Shown here piece after piece: positions 49,065-57,560 of a stretch of 64,000 bases of DNA. The stretch covers positions 82,489 through 146,488 of the forward strand of contig JAZLCH010000010.1 of NCBI GenBank assembly GCA_045614145.1, read 5' to 3'. This stretch comes from Candidatus Enterousia sp. (GTDB taxonomy: Bacteria > Pseudomonadota > Alphaproteobacteria > Rs-D84). Each line of letters begins with the position of its first letter. Positions within the stretch are counted from its first letter, which is position 1. The position numbers were made by a program, and so were the translations under genes. The notes beneath the pieces are model-generated. The model had not been told where the DNA came from. It searched no databases and saw nothing but the letters and a program-made list of their open reading frames with translations.

Positions 49065-49666
49065 TCTTCATTCGTTGTACGATATATCGTATCATGTGCA
49101 TGCGGCGTACCAATATAAATCATTGTGCCGTTTGGCGACAAAATAAAGTCCAATTCACGCAGTCTTTCACGCAACATCTCGCGTTTTTGCGCAGTATTGG
49201 TTGTATTTGGCACTTCGACATCATCACAGATTATTAAATCCGCGCGCATTCCTGTAATATTACCATGAATACCCTGGCATATGACAGACGGTTCACGAAT
49301 TCCAATTGGCCGATTTATAGTTATGCGTCCGCACGCCCATTCTTTTTTATTTGTCGGGATTAAATCTGCACACCATGGGTGATTTTCCAATATATGACGA
49401 ACATGGGCAACCATACGCGATGCCAAACTGTTTTCTGCCGACAAAATTAATATACGTGTTTCAGGATACATATACAGCACACACGCAACAAAGATACCAA
49501 CAACCGTTGACTTACCAGAATGCCGAAACGCCATTAACAAACCACGATGCGGTGTTTTTTGCCAGACATCTACTAAAAAAGCCATAATTTTTTTATGATG
49601 TACCGGCGTTTTATATCCCAAGACCCGATTCCATTCATCCAAGAAACTATAATACCCCGTAATCAT
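49061..49666 (-). CDS. Terminase large subunit, N-terminal (ATPase) half
   Basis: LMAFRHSGKST (Walker A), ILILSA, ITGMRADLIICDDVE (Walker B), IYIGTPH (coupling motif), then stop. Confidence 0.9.
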   Translation of the reverse strand: MITGYYSFLDEWNRVLGYKTPVHHKKIMAFLVDVWQKTPHRGLLMAFRHSGKSTVVGIFVACVLYMYPETRILILSAENSLASRMVAHVRHILENHPWCADLIPTNKKEWACGRITINRPIGIREPSVICQGIHGNITGMRADLIICDDVEVPNTTNTAQKREMLRERLRELDFILSPNGTMIYIGTPHAHDTIYRTTNED

Positions 49667-50198
49667 CGGTATTTTCGTTTTCTGCAGCATCTGTGATATA
49701 CCCATAATCATTTATTAAATTTGGCAATGCGTTTTCCAAAACCGTTAACAAATTACGATACAGTCCCAAAACTGCCCCGCCCGACAATTTATCTTCTATG
49801 ACTGCCCGAGTATAATCAATCAGTGATTTAATATCATCATGACGATTCACCCATTCATTTATGTCAATATCAACTGACCGCAAATCTTGAAATGCCGCCA
49901 GCAAGAAATTAAAATCAGAATTCAAATCTTCCGGATCTATTTTTTTAGTTGGCTGATAATCAATTGTGCGCTTCAATGCGATTTGTCGAAAGATATCAAT
50001 TTTTGTATCTTCAATCGGCGCATCATCAAACACGACGTTACCACCCGAAAAATTTTCATTAGGCAACACCGAAAAAACATACCCACTGTCCCCAATCAAA
50101 CCGTTTATCGCGACACGAACATCTGCGACCTGGAAAAACGGGAAAGAGAATGCAAACTCTGTTGTTGCCCCATCTGCAACATAAGATATTTTATACAT
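49647..50198 (-). CDS. Short T7-type tail fibre N-terminal (adaptor) domain protein
   Basis: YVADG.T.EFAFSFPFF...DV.V, IFRQ....R..DY, LN.DF; only 183 aa. Confidence 0.78.
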   Translation of the reverse strand: MYKISYVADGATTEFAFSFPFFQVADVRVAINGLIGDSGYVFSVLPNENFSGGNVVFDDAPIEDTKIDIFRQIALKRTIDYQPTKKIDPEDLNSDFNFLLAAFQDLRSVDIDINEWVNRHDDIKSLIDYTRAVIEDKLSGGAVLGLYRNLLTVLENALPNLINDYGYITDAAENENTDDYGVL

Positions 50199-50217
50199 AA
50201 CACCGCCCCCATATAAA

Positions 50218-50565
50218 TCAACCCACAATTTCATCAAAACGCGCCAGCAACGATTTCAGTAAATTTGGTTTCTTTGCACGCGTTTTACTTAATTTATCCA
50301 GATTTTCGCGACGTTTCTTGTCATACGGCGCTGCCGTTTCTGCCTTCATACGTTTTAAGACAGCTCCTTCAGTCATGCCAGCACTTGACATACCTGACGC
50401 CCCATATTTTGCACGCTGACTGGCCAGAACTTTTTTTATCAGATTTGTTTTTTCTGCATCATCTTCAGCCATTTGTTTCAATATTTCCTGACGTTGTGTC
50501 TTGGCTTGTTTTTTATCTTCTTTATAATCCAACAGATCAGTTACATCAGATACTATTTGTCCCAT
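50218..50565 (-). CDS. Small internal-virion-like protein
   Basis: QRAKYGASG motif; position after tail tube B. Confidence 0.6.
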   Translation of the reverse strand: MGQIVSDVTDLLDYKEDKKQAKTQRQEILKQMAEDDAEKTNLIKKVLASQRAKYGASGMSSAGMTEGAVLKRMKAETAAPYDKKRRENLDKLSKTRAKKPNLLKSLLARFDEIVG

Positions 50566-50600
50566 ATCAATATTCCTTTGGTAAAAAAAATATATAAAAG

Positions 50601-52316
50601 TTAAACCGAATACCACCCATGCATTGTGACCGACAGAACCGTAACCGGTTCAGCATCTGTCCCATGAATTGTCCACAGTGGCTTTATGCAATCATGTGTT
50701 GTTCCCAACAGATTTATCGATACATCGCCACAATATCCAGAACTGCCATCAGAATAAATTTCATTTGGCAAATTTATACGATATGAATTTATATGAATCG
50801 ACTTTGTATTAATAACACGTGCGACTAATTTACGCATTTTCACACGCACTGCGCTGTGCCCTGACGATTGCAGTGGCAAACCGGACGCAACATATGAAAA
50901 ATTATATTGTCCACAATCAATCAATTCTGATTCTGAAAAACGTTCCAAGAACACACCATTATTACGATGTGTAACAACGTATGTCACGCCCGCTGACACG
51001 ACTACGGACAACACTTGCCCTGCGGTTTTATATTTTCCCCATGCGGACACGCCCAGTCCAGAATTATGATTTAACACCGAAATCGAACCATCATCACATA
51101 CAACATACAGACGACGGAATGACGAATTGTACGCCATATCAATTGGCCTATTAATCAGATGTCTAGAAAATGCACACAAGTCATTTGCGCTGTAATTTTC
51201 CCCCAGCGCATCCAACCCCAATTCACGAATGTCATCCCCTGATGCAGATACAAATACTGTCGTCCCTTCTATCTTTTGTGGTGGCAAGAAATATTCAGAA
51301 TACGATCCAACTGCTGTATGCTGCTTTACATCTACCGACGAAGGGGTCAAAGGCTTGCTTGAAATTGCCCATTCACCAACACTGGTCAGGATTTGTAAAT
51401 TATCACTGCTGACAATTGTACAAATTTGTTGACGCTTATGCGATGACAACGACACAAATATTGCTTCATCGTCCAAGCCTGTGCCTATATTAAAATTATT
51501 ATGTCGTCCAACCTGTGACATCCAAATACCATTTGGCCAATCACGTGAACCACCAAAGACCAAACGATCTTGATGAAAAGTGATACTGCATGGCCAACCG
51601 CGCCGCATTCCAAACGCCGATTCGCGCCAATCAGAAATACTGCTTGATGGAACCGAATACGTTCCATTTGTATGCGCAACGATTTGTGTTGGGCTGATAT
51701 ATTCATATATATACCATTGACGTTCTAATAAATACAACCGTCCCCCCACGTTATCAGGCGTCCAATAATCAGAACTGGCTGTAAATGTTGCAAAATTGTT
51801 CCCATTTGAATTTGTTGTCACAGCAATCGTTATGTCTGCAGAATCGTCAAATCGCACAAATGGCATATTCAACGTCATATCAAAATCATTACGCGCGAAT
51901 GCGAATTCAGATATTGTAAAATATTCCCCCGTATGCTGCAAAACCTGGGGCGGGTAATCAGGATGAACAAATATCATTATTCTGGACTGTTGGGCATATT
52001 GCACCTGCGCCAGGTCAGAATACGACCATGGCGTCCGCAGGTCTTGTATATGTTCTGTTCCATGAAAAACATGCATATGGTTTTCAGTTAATGCAATAAC
52101 ATACTCGGACGAATCTACCCCAGAAAACGATACCAAACGCGCCACATTTGGCAGTTTATAAACCGACTGCAACCCCATTCTGCGCGCCAATCCACCACCT
52201 GGCAACACATCCATATTTTCTAGTTTACACAGACCATTAATATTATCGTGTGCATAGAATTCCGGGGCAACTTCACCATTTGCAAAAGAGTTTTGTGTTT
52301 TTATAAAGTTTGCCAT
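50601..52316 (-). CDS. Tail tubular protein B (nozzle)-like
   Basis: QNSFANGEVAP, GG..RR.G, VHPDYPP, GWP....FHQDRL.FGG, GLDDEAI, T..GEW. Confidence 0.85.
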   Translation of the reverse strand: MANFIKTQNSFANGEVAPEFYAHDNINGLCKLENMDVLPGGGLARRMGLQSVYKLPNVARLVSFSGVDSSEYVIALTENHMHVFHGTEHIQDLRTPWSYSDLAQVQYAQQSRIMIFVHPDYPPQVLQHTGEYFTISEFAFARNDFDMTLNMPFVRFDDSADITIAVTTNSNGNNFATFTASSDYWTPDNVGGRLYLLERQWYIYEYISPTQIVAHTNGTYSVPSSSISDWRESAFGMRRGWPCSITFHQDRLVFGGSRDWPNGIWMSQVGRHNNFNIGTGLDDEAIFVSLSSHKRQQICTIVSSDNLQILTSVGEWAISSKPLTPSSVDVKQHTAVGSYSEYFLPPQKIEGTTVFVSASGDDIRELGLDALGENYSANDLCAFSRHLINRPIDMAYNSSFRRLYVVCDDGSISVLNHNSGLGVSAWGKYKTAGQVLSVVVSAGVTYVVTHRNNGVFLERFSESELIDCGQYNFSYVASGLPLQSSGHSAVRVKMRKLVARVINTKSIHINSYRINLPNEIYSDGSSGYCGDVSINLLGTTHDCIKPLWTIHGTDAEPVTVLSVTMHGWYSV

Positions 52317-52328
52317 TACCACCCCCAA

Positions 52329-52847
52329 CTAATATCGTGCAGAAATTAAAGAAAATTCTTTGATTCCATCATTTACCCCAGACGATGCATCTAAAAATTT
52401 TGCTGTCTGTAATTCTGTTTCATACAATGCGACCAACATACGAAACACGGTCTGGTCACCCAGCAACGGGACACAAAATTCCATTGCTAAACGTGTTGCA
52501 GCCAACGATATAAAATACGCTGGAAAATTATCAGGTGCAGTACGAACCAGCGCAGTAATTTTCACCGTTTCCGCATCCGAGAATATTCGATTTCCAACAA
52601 TACGTCCCGACGTATTCAAGACGCGCAACACATTTGATGGCAATAAAAAATTACCGTCTGTATTACGTACCAATTCGATATCATATGTTGCAAATCGCCA
52701 TGGATAGATTGCAACTAATGCATCAATGACAGGCTCAAAAAGTGTACGCGACAATTTTGCTGCCGCGCTGTCATCTGTCAAAGACTGAATTGGTTCTTCG
52801 CCCAATTTTAATAGCGCCATGGAACACAAGTCTATTTTAGTAAGCAT
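52329..52847 (-). CDS. Tail tubular protein A (gatekeeper)-like
   Basis: IDLCSMALLKLGEEPI.SL, YPWRFA, LP...LRV, FPAYF. Confidence 0.85.
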   Translation of the reverse strand: MLTKIDLCSMALLKLGEEPIQSLTDDSAAAKLSRTLFEPVIDALVAIYPWRFATYDIELVRNTDGNFLLPSNVLRVLNTSGRIVGNRIFSDAETVKITALVRTAPDNFPAYFISLAATRLAMEFCVPLLGDQTVFRMLVALYETELQTAKFLDASSGVNDGIKEFSLISARY

Positions 52848-52864
52848 TTTTGTTCCCTTTGTGT

Positions 52865-52898
52865 AAAAAAAAATGGCCGGCAAAATACAATACCGGCC
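52865..52898 (-). terminator. Intrinsic terminator between capsid and tail genes
   Basis: GGCCGG-N12-CCGGCC followed on the minus strand by a U-tract. Confidence 0.55.
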
Positions 52899-52916
52899 TG
52901 TATTAATACGTTATAT

Positions 52917-53150
52917 CTATGCCAATGCAATCGTTGTGACATTCAATTCTGTCACATTAATTTTCTTAATTGCGGTATTATCAGATGCATTAATAATGAT
53001 AATATCGCCAATGTTCATCAATGTTTTTACATTGTTAAAATAACCATTTACCGTTATTGTTGACAATGTTTCAGACGCGCTGCTGTAATGCCACAATGTA
53101 AAACCGTTTGCATATGCAATGACGGATAAATTTTTATTCTGAAAAGCCAT
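52917..53150 (-). CDS. Small conserved phage-type protein after the capsid gene
   Basis: LSVIAYANGFTLWHY...GYFN...GDIII; AAAGGA RBS. Confidence 0.75.
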   Translation of the reverse strand: MAFQNKNLSVIAYANGFTLWHYSSASETLSTITVNGYFNNVKTLMNIGDIIIINASDNTAIKKINVTELNVTTIALA

Positions 53151-53194
53151 ATTTTTTCCTTTTGATTAAAAATGTTTATATTGTGAACTTAAAT

Positions 53195-54019
53195 TTATGC
53201 ATTTACGCCATCTGAACACTTAACACGAACAATACCATCACCATCGATCAGCACTGCCCCCTGTGACATACTGTTGCTGATAAAGTGCGCTGCGCGTTCG
53301 CCATGCCATGAAATATCCGATTTAACTTCTTGACCACACGCATGCCCTATGCTGGACGCATGATAGATAAAGCAATCACGATTCTTATCAGATACCGGCA
53401 GACCATTATGCAACACCCATGTTATACCCAACCATTTGCGTGCTTCAAAACCGTTTACCAATGGCGAATCGGTTACATAATCCGCGGACACAAATTCATC
53501 CATTGCCAACAGTTCGTTCCACTGATGCACACCAACAACCGCAAAGCGACGACCATCATCTGGGACATCATTTGTATTCAATACTTCCAGTGCATTCAAC
53601 ACCAATTCCTTGGTCAGGCCGGTTGTATAATCACCGACATTTGCTGTTGCGGTATTCATTGCAGAAATAATTAATTCATCTGTTTTACGCCCCAGCGCAT
53701 ATGCACCAGCAGATGCAACGACACGACGTTCATCAATATTTGTTTTTAATTCATCCAAACTATCGACCCAATCACCCGCATAATAATCCATCAGCAAACA
53801 TTCCACTGGTTCATGGTTTAAATTCATTACTGGAACAATACCATGACGTGATTTTGTGCTGGCTGTGCCACGCCCAACCTTTTGGAACGTGGTCGATGCA
53901 CCAATCACACCCGATTTACTGCGAACCGTCGAACGCAGTTTTGTCCCCATCTGCTGATACGCCAAATGAACATCAGCTTCAAATTGTTTTACAAATACAT
54001 TGTCTATGGAAACAGACAT
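53195..54019 (-). CDS. Major capsid protein (T7/BPP-1-like)
   Basis: FVKQFEADVHLAYQQMGTKLR.TVR, D.LDELK, A.ALGRKTD..II, DVPDDG.R, WLG..W. Confidence 0.9.
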   Translation of the reverse strand: MSVSIDNVFVKQFEADVHLAYQQMGTKLRSTVRSKSGVIGASTTFQKVGRGTASTKSRHGIVPVMNLNHEPVECLLMDYYAGDWVDSLDELKTNIDERRVVASAGAYALGRKTDELIISAMNTATANVGDYTTGLTKELVLNALEVLNTNDVPDDGRRFAVVGVHQWNELLAMDEFVSADYVTDSPLVNGFEARKWLGITWVLHNGLPVSDKNRDCFIYHASSIGHACGQEVKSDISWHGERAAHFISNSMSQGAVLIDGDGIVRVKCSDGVNA

Positions 54020-54133
54020 ACAAAAATCCTTTGGTTAAAAATTAAATTGAATTTTGTATTTTGGTTATGCAACTAAATGCGCCATAAAAACAAAAGTTAA
54101 AATTGGGTCTGCATTTTTGTACAGATTATCCAT

Positions 54134-54203
54134 AAAAAAATATCAGTCAGACTGTGCACACTCATCTGACTGATACTTAAAGAAAAACCCCGCATTTGCG
54201 GGG
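54134..54203 (-). terminator. Two terminator-like hairpins upstream of the capsid gene
   Basis: TATCAGTCAGA-N13-TCTGACTGATA (54141-54175) and CCCCGCA-TT-TGCGGGG (54188-54203), each followed by a U-tract on the minus strand. Confidence 0.65.
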
Positions 54204-54210
54204 AATTATA

Positions 54211-54402
54211 TTATTTCTTTTTACAACATTTTTTTGCAGGCGCTTTTTTTGCAACTGACTTCACAGCTACTTTTTTAACTGCAACTTTTTTTGCTGCTGG
54301 TTTTGCTGCAACTGCTTTTTTGGCAGGTGCCTTTTTTGCAACTGGTTTTTCAACTGGCTTAACCGCCTCTACCTTCTTAGATTTTCTAAAGAAAAATCCC
54401 AT
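54211..54402 (-). CDS. Small Lys/Ala/Pro-rich histone H1-like protein
   Basis: KKAPAKK repeats; AAGGAG RBS. Confidence 0.75.
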   Translation of the reverse strand: MGFFFRKSKKVEAVKPVEKPVAKKAPAKKAVAAKPAAKKVAVKKVAVKSVAKKAPAKKCCKKK

Positions 54403-54512
54403 CCTTTCTCTCCTTTTACTACGTTCTGTGACAGAACAAATTCGTTTTGTTCTTGCTTAATATTTTATCATAAAACATAAATCCTAGTAAAGAAGAAAAG
54501 TTAAATTTTACA

Positions 54513-55169
54513 CTATGAGTATAATTTTTTAAATCCGTTTTCAATTTTTCGAATATATTCTGCATCACCATCGCGCCAATATTTTGGATCACGCATCATA
54601 CGACGCAAATCAGAATCAGATAAATTTTTTTCAGACGCCCCATCTATCTGCACATCAGGTTCCATTGATTGCATCATCTTATAAATACTTTGAATTCCCT
54701 GGGGTGTAGTACACAATTCGTCATATGCATCACGTGGCAAGAATCGTTCACCAAACGCATTTATTGCCCGCAATGCATCGCTCATTTTTTCATCACCGCC
54801 GAAAAAATTTTTCAATTCATTAATTGCACTGTCTTCATCACGCACAGAAAATAAATCTGAAATTATCGGGGATAGAAATTCATTTGCGATATCGTAAATT
54901 TTTTCTACCTGATTACAGGTTAATCCAATTTGTAAAAATTTTTCACGCAAATTTTCATCATCATACAATTCATTTATTGGATATTCAGACGCATTCACCG
55001 GCACCCCAATTGCACGATTAAATTTTTGACGTGTCGCCTCATCAGAATCAGATGTTGGAACACTGATCATGCCACCTATTTTTTTCTCTAATTCAGAATA
55101 AGATTTCATCAGTGCCGATGCGTTTAATGTTCCATCGTCCTTTAAAAATTTTTCTGGGATATTATCCAT
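54513..55169 (-). CDS. Capsid assembly scaffolding protein
   Basis: IPEKF....L.KSYSELEKK N-terminus; LR.MMRDPKYW.......IENGFKKLY C-terminus. Confidence 0.85.
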   Translation of the reverse strand: MDNIPEKFLKDDGTLNASALMKSYSELEKKIGGMISVPTSDSDEATRQKFNRAIGVPVNASEYPINELYDDENLREKFLQIGLTCNQVEKIYDIANEFLSPIISDLFSVRDEDSAINELKNFFGGDEKMSDALRAINAFGERFLPRDAYDELCTTPQGIQSIYKMMQSMEPDVQIDGASEKNLSDSDLRRMMRDPKYWRDGDAEYIRKIENGFKKLYS

Positions 55170-55170
55170 T

Positions 55171-55368
55171 TTATTTTCCTTTGTCTTCATTTGATTTGCG
55201 CAGGAAATAAATTCCTGCAAATGTACAAACAGATTGCAACATAACAAACAAATCTGAATCACCGGCCAAATACGCCCCAATTGCAGATAAAATGCCAGTT
55301 GCAGAAATTATATATGTTCGATATCCCGCCAGATATCCACCACGTACAATATTCTTCATTGCTATCAT
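55171..55368 (-). CDS. Small two-TM holin-like protein
   Basis: GYRTYI + two hydrophobic segments + FLRK; adjacent to the hydrolase. Confidence 0.6.
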   Translation of the reverse strand: MIAMKNIVRGGYLAGYRTYIISATGILSAIGAYLAGDSDLFVMLQSVCTFAGIYFLRKSNEDKGK

Positions 55369-55372
55369 CCAT

Positions 55373-55783
55373 TTATAAATAAAACAGCATACCGTCTATA
55401 TCGGCGATATATCCGCGCGCACGCGCCCAATCAGGCATAACATCAGCATGATGAAATCGCGACGCACCATAACAGGCATCGTTTAATCCACCACACAGCA
55501 TACGCTTTGCTACGCGCAAACACATTTGATACCCACGGTTCATTGGCTGCACATACATGCGTTCATGACGACAAGATTTTTCAGACAACGCATTGAAAAT
55601 ATTTTCATCTGATATCAGATCTGAAAAACATCTGCCAGATACATCTGCCAAATTTTTTATCATTGATGTTAATGCCTCGACCCCACGCAAAGATTGCGCA
55701 CCACTTTCCGCATACACAATCCGTGCAATTCTATATGCCACCCCTGCGGACATGTCCGTGTTACGTATCAGTTCAAGATTCAT
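55373..55783 (-). CDS. Cell wall hydrolase (SleB/Hydrolase_2-like)
   Basis: ARIVYAES, GA..FH...V.PDWA, IDG.LFY. Confidence 0.78.
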   Translation of the reverse strand: MNLELIRNTDMSAGVAYRIARIVYAESGAQSLRGVEALTSMIKNLADVSGRCFSDLISDENIFNALSEKSCRHERMYVQPMNRGYQMCLRVAKRMLCGGLNDACYGASRFHHADVMPDWARARGYIADIDGMLFYL

Positions 55784-55800
55784 GAATTCCCCCCTGGGTA

Positions 55801-55913
55801 TAAAAAATCCCCATGTGAAATACATGGGGGGTAAAAAAAATCCACACGCAAATGTGGATACAATCTGTCATGTTTATGTCTCACATACTAGCATATTTTC
55901 ATAAAAAAGTCAA
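55801..55913 (-). promoter_or_regulatory. Promoter of the phage-like operon followed by two tandem terminators
   Basis: TTGACT (55913-55908)-N17-TAGTAT (55890-55885) with extended TG; hairpins ATCCACA/TGTGGAT (55840-55859) and CCCCATGT/ACATGGGG (55809-55829), each with a U-tract, before the first ATG. Confidence 0.65.
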
Positions 55914-55948
55914 GTAAAAATTCGTCACCCCCGGAAATACGGGCCTTT

Positions 55949-56614
55949 TCACACACTTATTTCATCACCATAGACCAACAAATATCGTGTATCGCGGCGC
56001 AAGACCAACGCCCCATTTTCATTTATTCCGACCAATGTCGCAACCTGACCCTGATATCGCACAGGACAATTCAGACAGGCCGCCAATTCCAACCATCTTT
56101 CCCGTACTGCGCGAAAATCTGCACAACGCCATTTGTCCAAATTTCGCATTAAACGGTTCAACAATGCCTCTAATGGTACATCCGAATAATTATCCATCTT
56201 GGTCGTCTTATATCGATCGACCGTTGGATTAGATTTTACATTTATCCCAATCCCAACAATAACGAATCGCCCAGAATATTCAATCAAGGCCCCCGAAATC
56301 TTTTTTCCATCCACCAATATATCATTTGGCCACTTAATCGTTGGATGAATTCCAAACGAAGCAATTGTTTCTGCCACCGCGACCGCCACCGCATAGGCCA
56401 TACGCGCATCACGTTCCGGGCAATCATAAATAAAACTGACATACAAATTTCCATGATGAGACACCCACGGTCGGCGAAAACGTCCACGACCTGCCGACTG
56501 GGCCAAGGCCCAAATCGCCGTATGGTCACGCCCCCCACCCTGTGCAATCAGTTCATGCGCATAATCCTGGGTACTGGGGATTTTATCAAAAGAAACCAGT
56601 TTATAATTTGCCAA
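55949..56614 (-). CDS. birA: Biotin protein ligase (no HTH)
   Basis: STQD, QSAGRGR..R.W, IKWPNDILVDGKKISG.L.E, GIGIN. Confidence 0.95.
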   Translation of the reverse strand: MANYKLVSFDKIPSTQDYAHELIAQGGGRDHTAIWALAQSAGRGRFRRPWVSHHGNLYVSFIYDCPERDARMAYAVAVAVAETIASFGIHPTIKWPNDILVDGKKISGALIEYSGRFVIVGIGINVKSNPTVDRYKTTKMDNYSDVPLEALLNRLMRNLDKWRCADFRAVRERWLELAACLNCPVRYQGQVATLVGINENGALVLRRDTRYLLVYGDEISV

Positions 56615-57020
56615 GTTTATATACCCCCTCTATATTTTTTATAAAATCACGACCAAATCGCTGGCGCAACTGATAGATTGCTGTATCAATCGCATGCGAC
56701 GTTGTATCGGGCATTACCCCCAGCGCAGTTCGCAAATTTGAATATCTCATTCCGCCTGTTTTATGCAACAATACAATAATTTGCGTCTGCAAATACGGTA
56801 AAATAACACACTGTCCAAAGATATCAAATAACACATGACTATTATCTGCCACTGCCAGAATACATGCTTTCAACTGCATTGGAGTAACAATATCAGTAAT
56901 TTTCAAATCATCAAAATTCACTTCTGTAATTGCCGGGGCATCCGTAACAGTCGCCCCAAAATCCGCCAAGATTTGTCGCCATATTTTGTCACTTGTAAAA
57001 ATACGAACGCCATTCAGCAT
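56601..57020 (-). CDS. OmpR-type winged-helix protein with degenerate N-terminus
   Basis: SHAIDTAIYQLRQR...I.N..G.YKL. Confidence 0.7.
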   Translation of the reverse strand: MLNGVRIFTSDKIWRQILADFGATVTDAPAITEVNFDDLKITDIVTPMQLKACILAVADNSHVLFDIFGQCVILPYLQTQIIVLLHKTGGMRYSNLRTALGVMPDTTSHAIDTAIYQLRQRFGRDFIKNIEGVYKLGKL

Positions 57021-57119
57021 ATATGCATATATTATCCGACATTATAATATTTGTCCAACAAAAAACCACCGCATGATAATGCCGTGGTTTTGGGTGTCGA
57101 AAACCATTAAAAAGTCGGG

Positions 57120-57365
57120 CTATTCGCGCACTGTCTCTCTTTGTTCGATAAACTTAGTAAAATCCTGAATTTTTGCACCCGTAGATGCCAAAATCTTAGA
57201 AATACTGTTTGTTGACGGCCAACGCGGTTGCCCTTCTTTGGACCAACGTTTGCTGCGATTAAACGTCGTCGGATCCAAACCGCTGCATTTTGCCAAACCT
57301 GAACACGACATACCATGTTCTGTTGCAAAGCGTTCGATGGCACGCCATACATCCTCGTGAGTCAT
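57120..57365 (-). CDS. Alphaproteobacterial phage-repressor-like HTH (N-domain only)
   Basis: H..VW.AI...A...G.S.SGLAK.SGLDPTTFN.SKR...G.PRWPST.SI.KIL. Confidence 0.85.
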   Translation of the reverse strand: MTHEDVWRAIERFATEHGMSCSGLAKCSGLDPTTFNRSKRWSKEGQPRWPSTNSISKILASTGAKIQDFTKFIEQRETVRE

Positions 57366-57560
57366 TTTTCTCTCCCTCTTATTTTTTTAGCACAGGCCAT
57401 TTTTTCCCTGACCCAACCCGATTTTATTCCAGATTTCCGGGCATTACAAGCAGCAGCATTTCCTAGGAATTCCATGATAAATGTAAAAAAATTAAATATA
57501 CTAAATTTTTTTTTGACAAAACACTTGACAAATTGTTTTTTGTATACTATATTTCGATTC

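Larger units (their letters stand above)
43184..55783 (-). other. Podovirus-type virion gene cluster, candidate domesticated gene transfer agent
   Basis: Hydrolase, holin-like, scaffold, capsid, tail tube A/B, tail-fibre N-domain, split TerL and portal, all on the minus strand; no integrase, att site or phage replication genes; interleaved with dnaB. Confidence 0.8.

Noticed and set aside
43184-55783. Ordinary intact prophage
   Set aside because: No integrase, att repeats or replication module; interrupted by dnaB; flanked directly by rne and birA.
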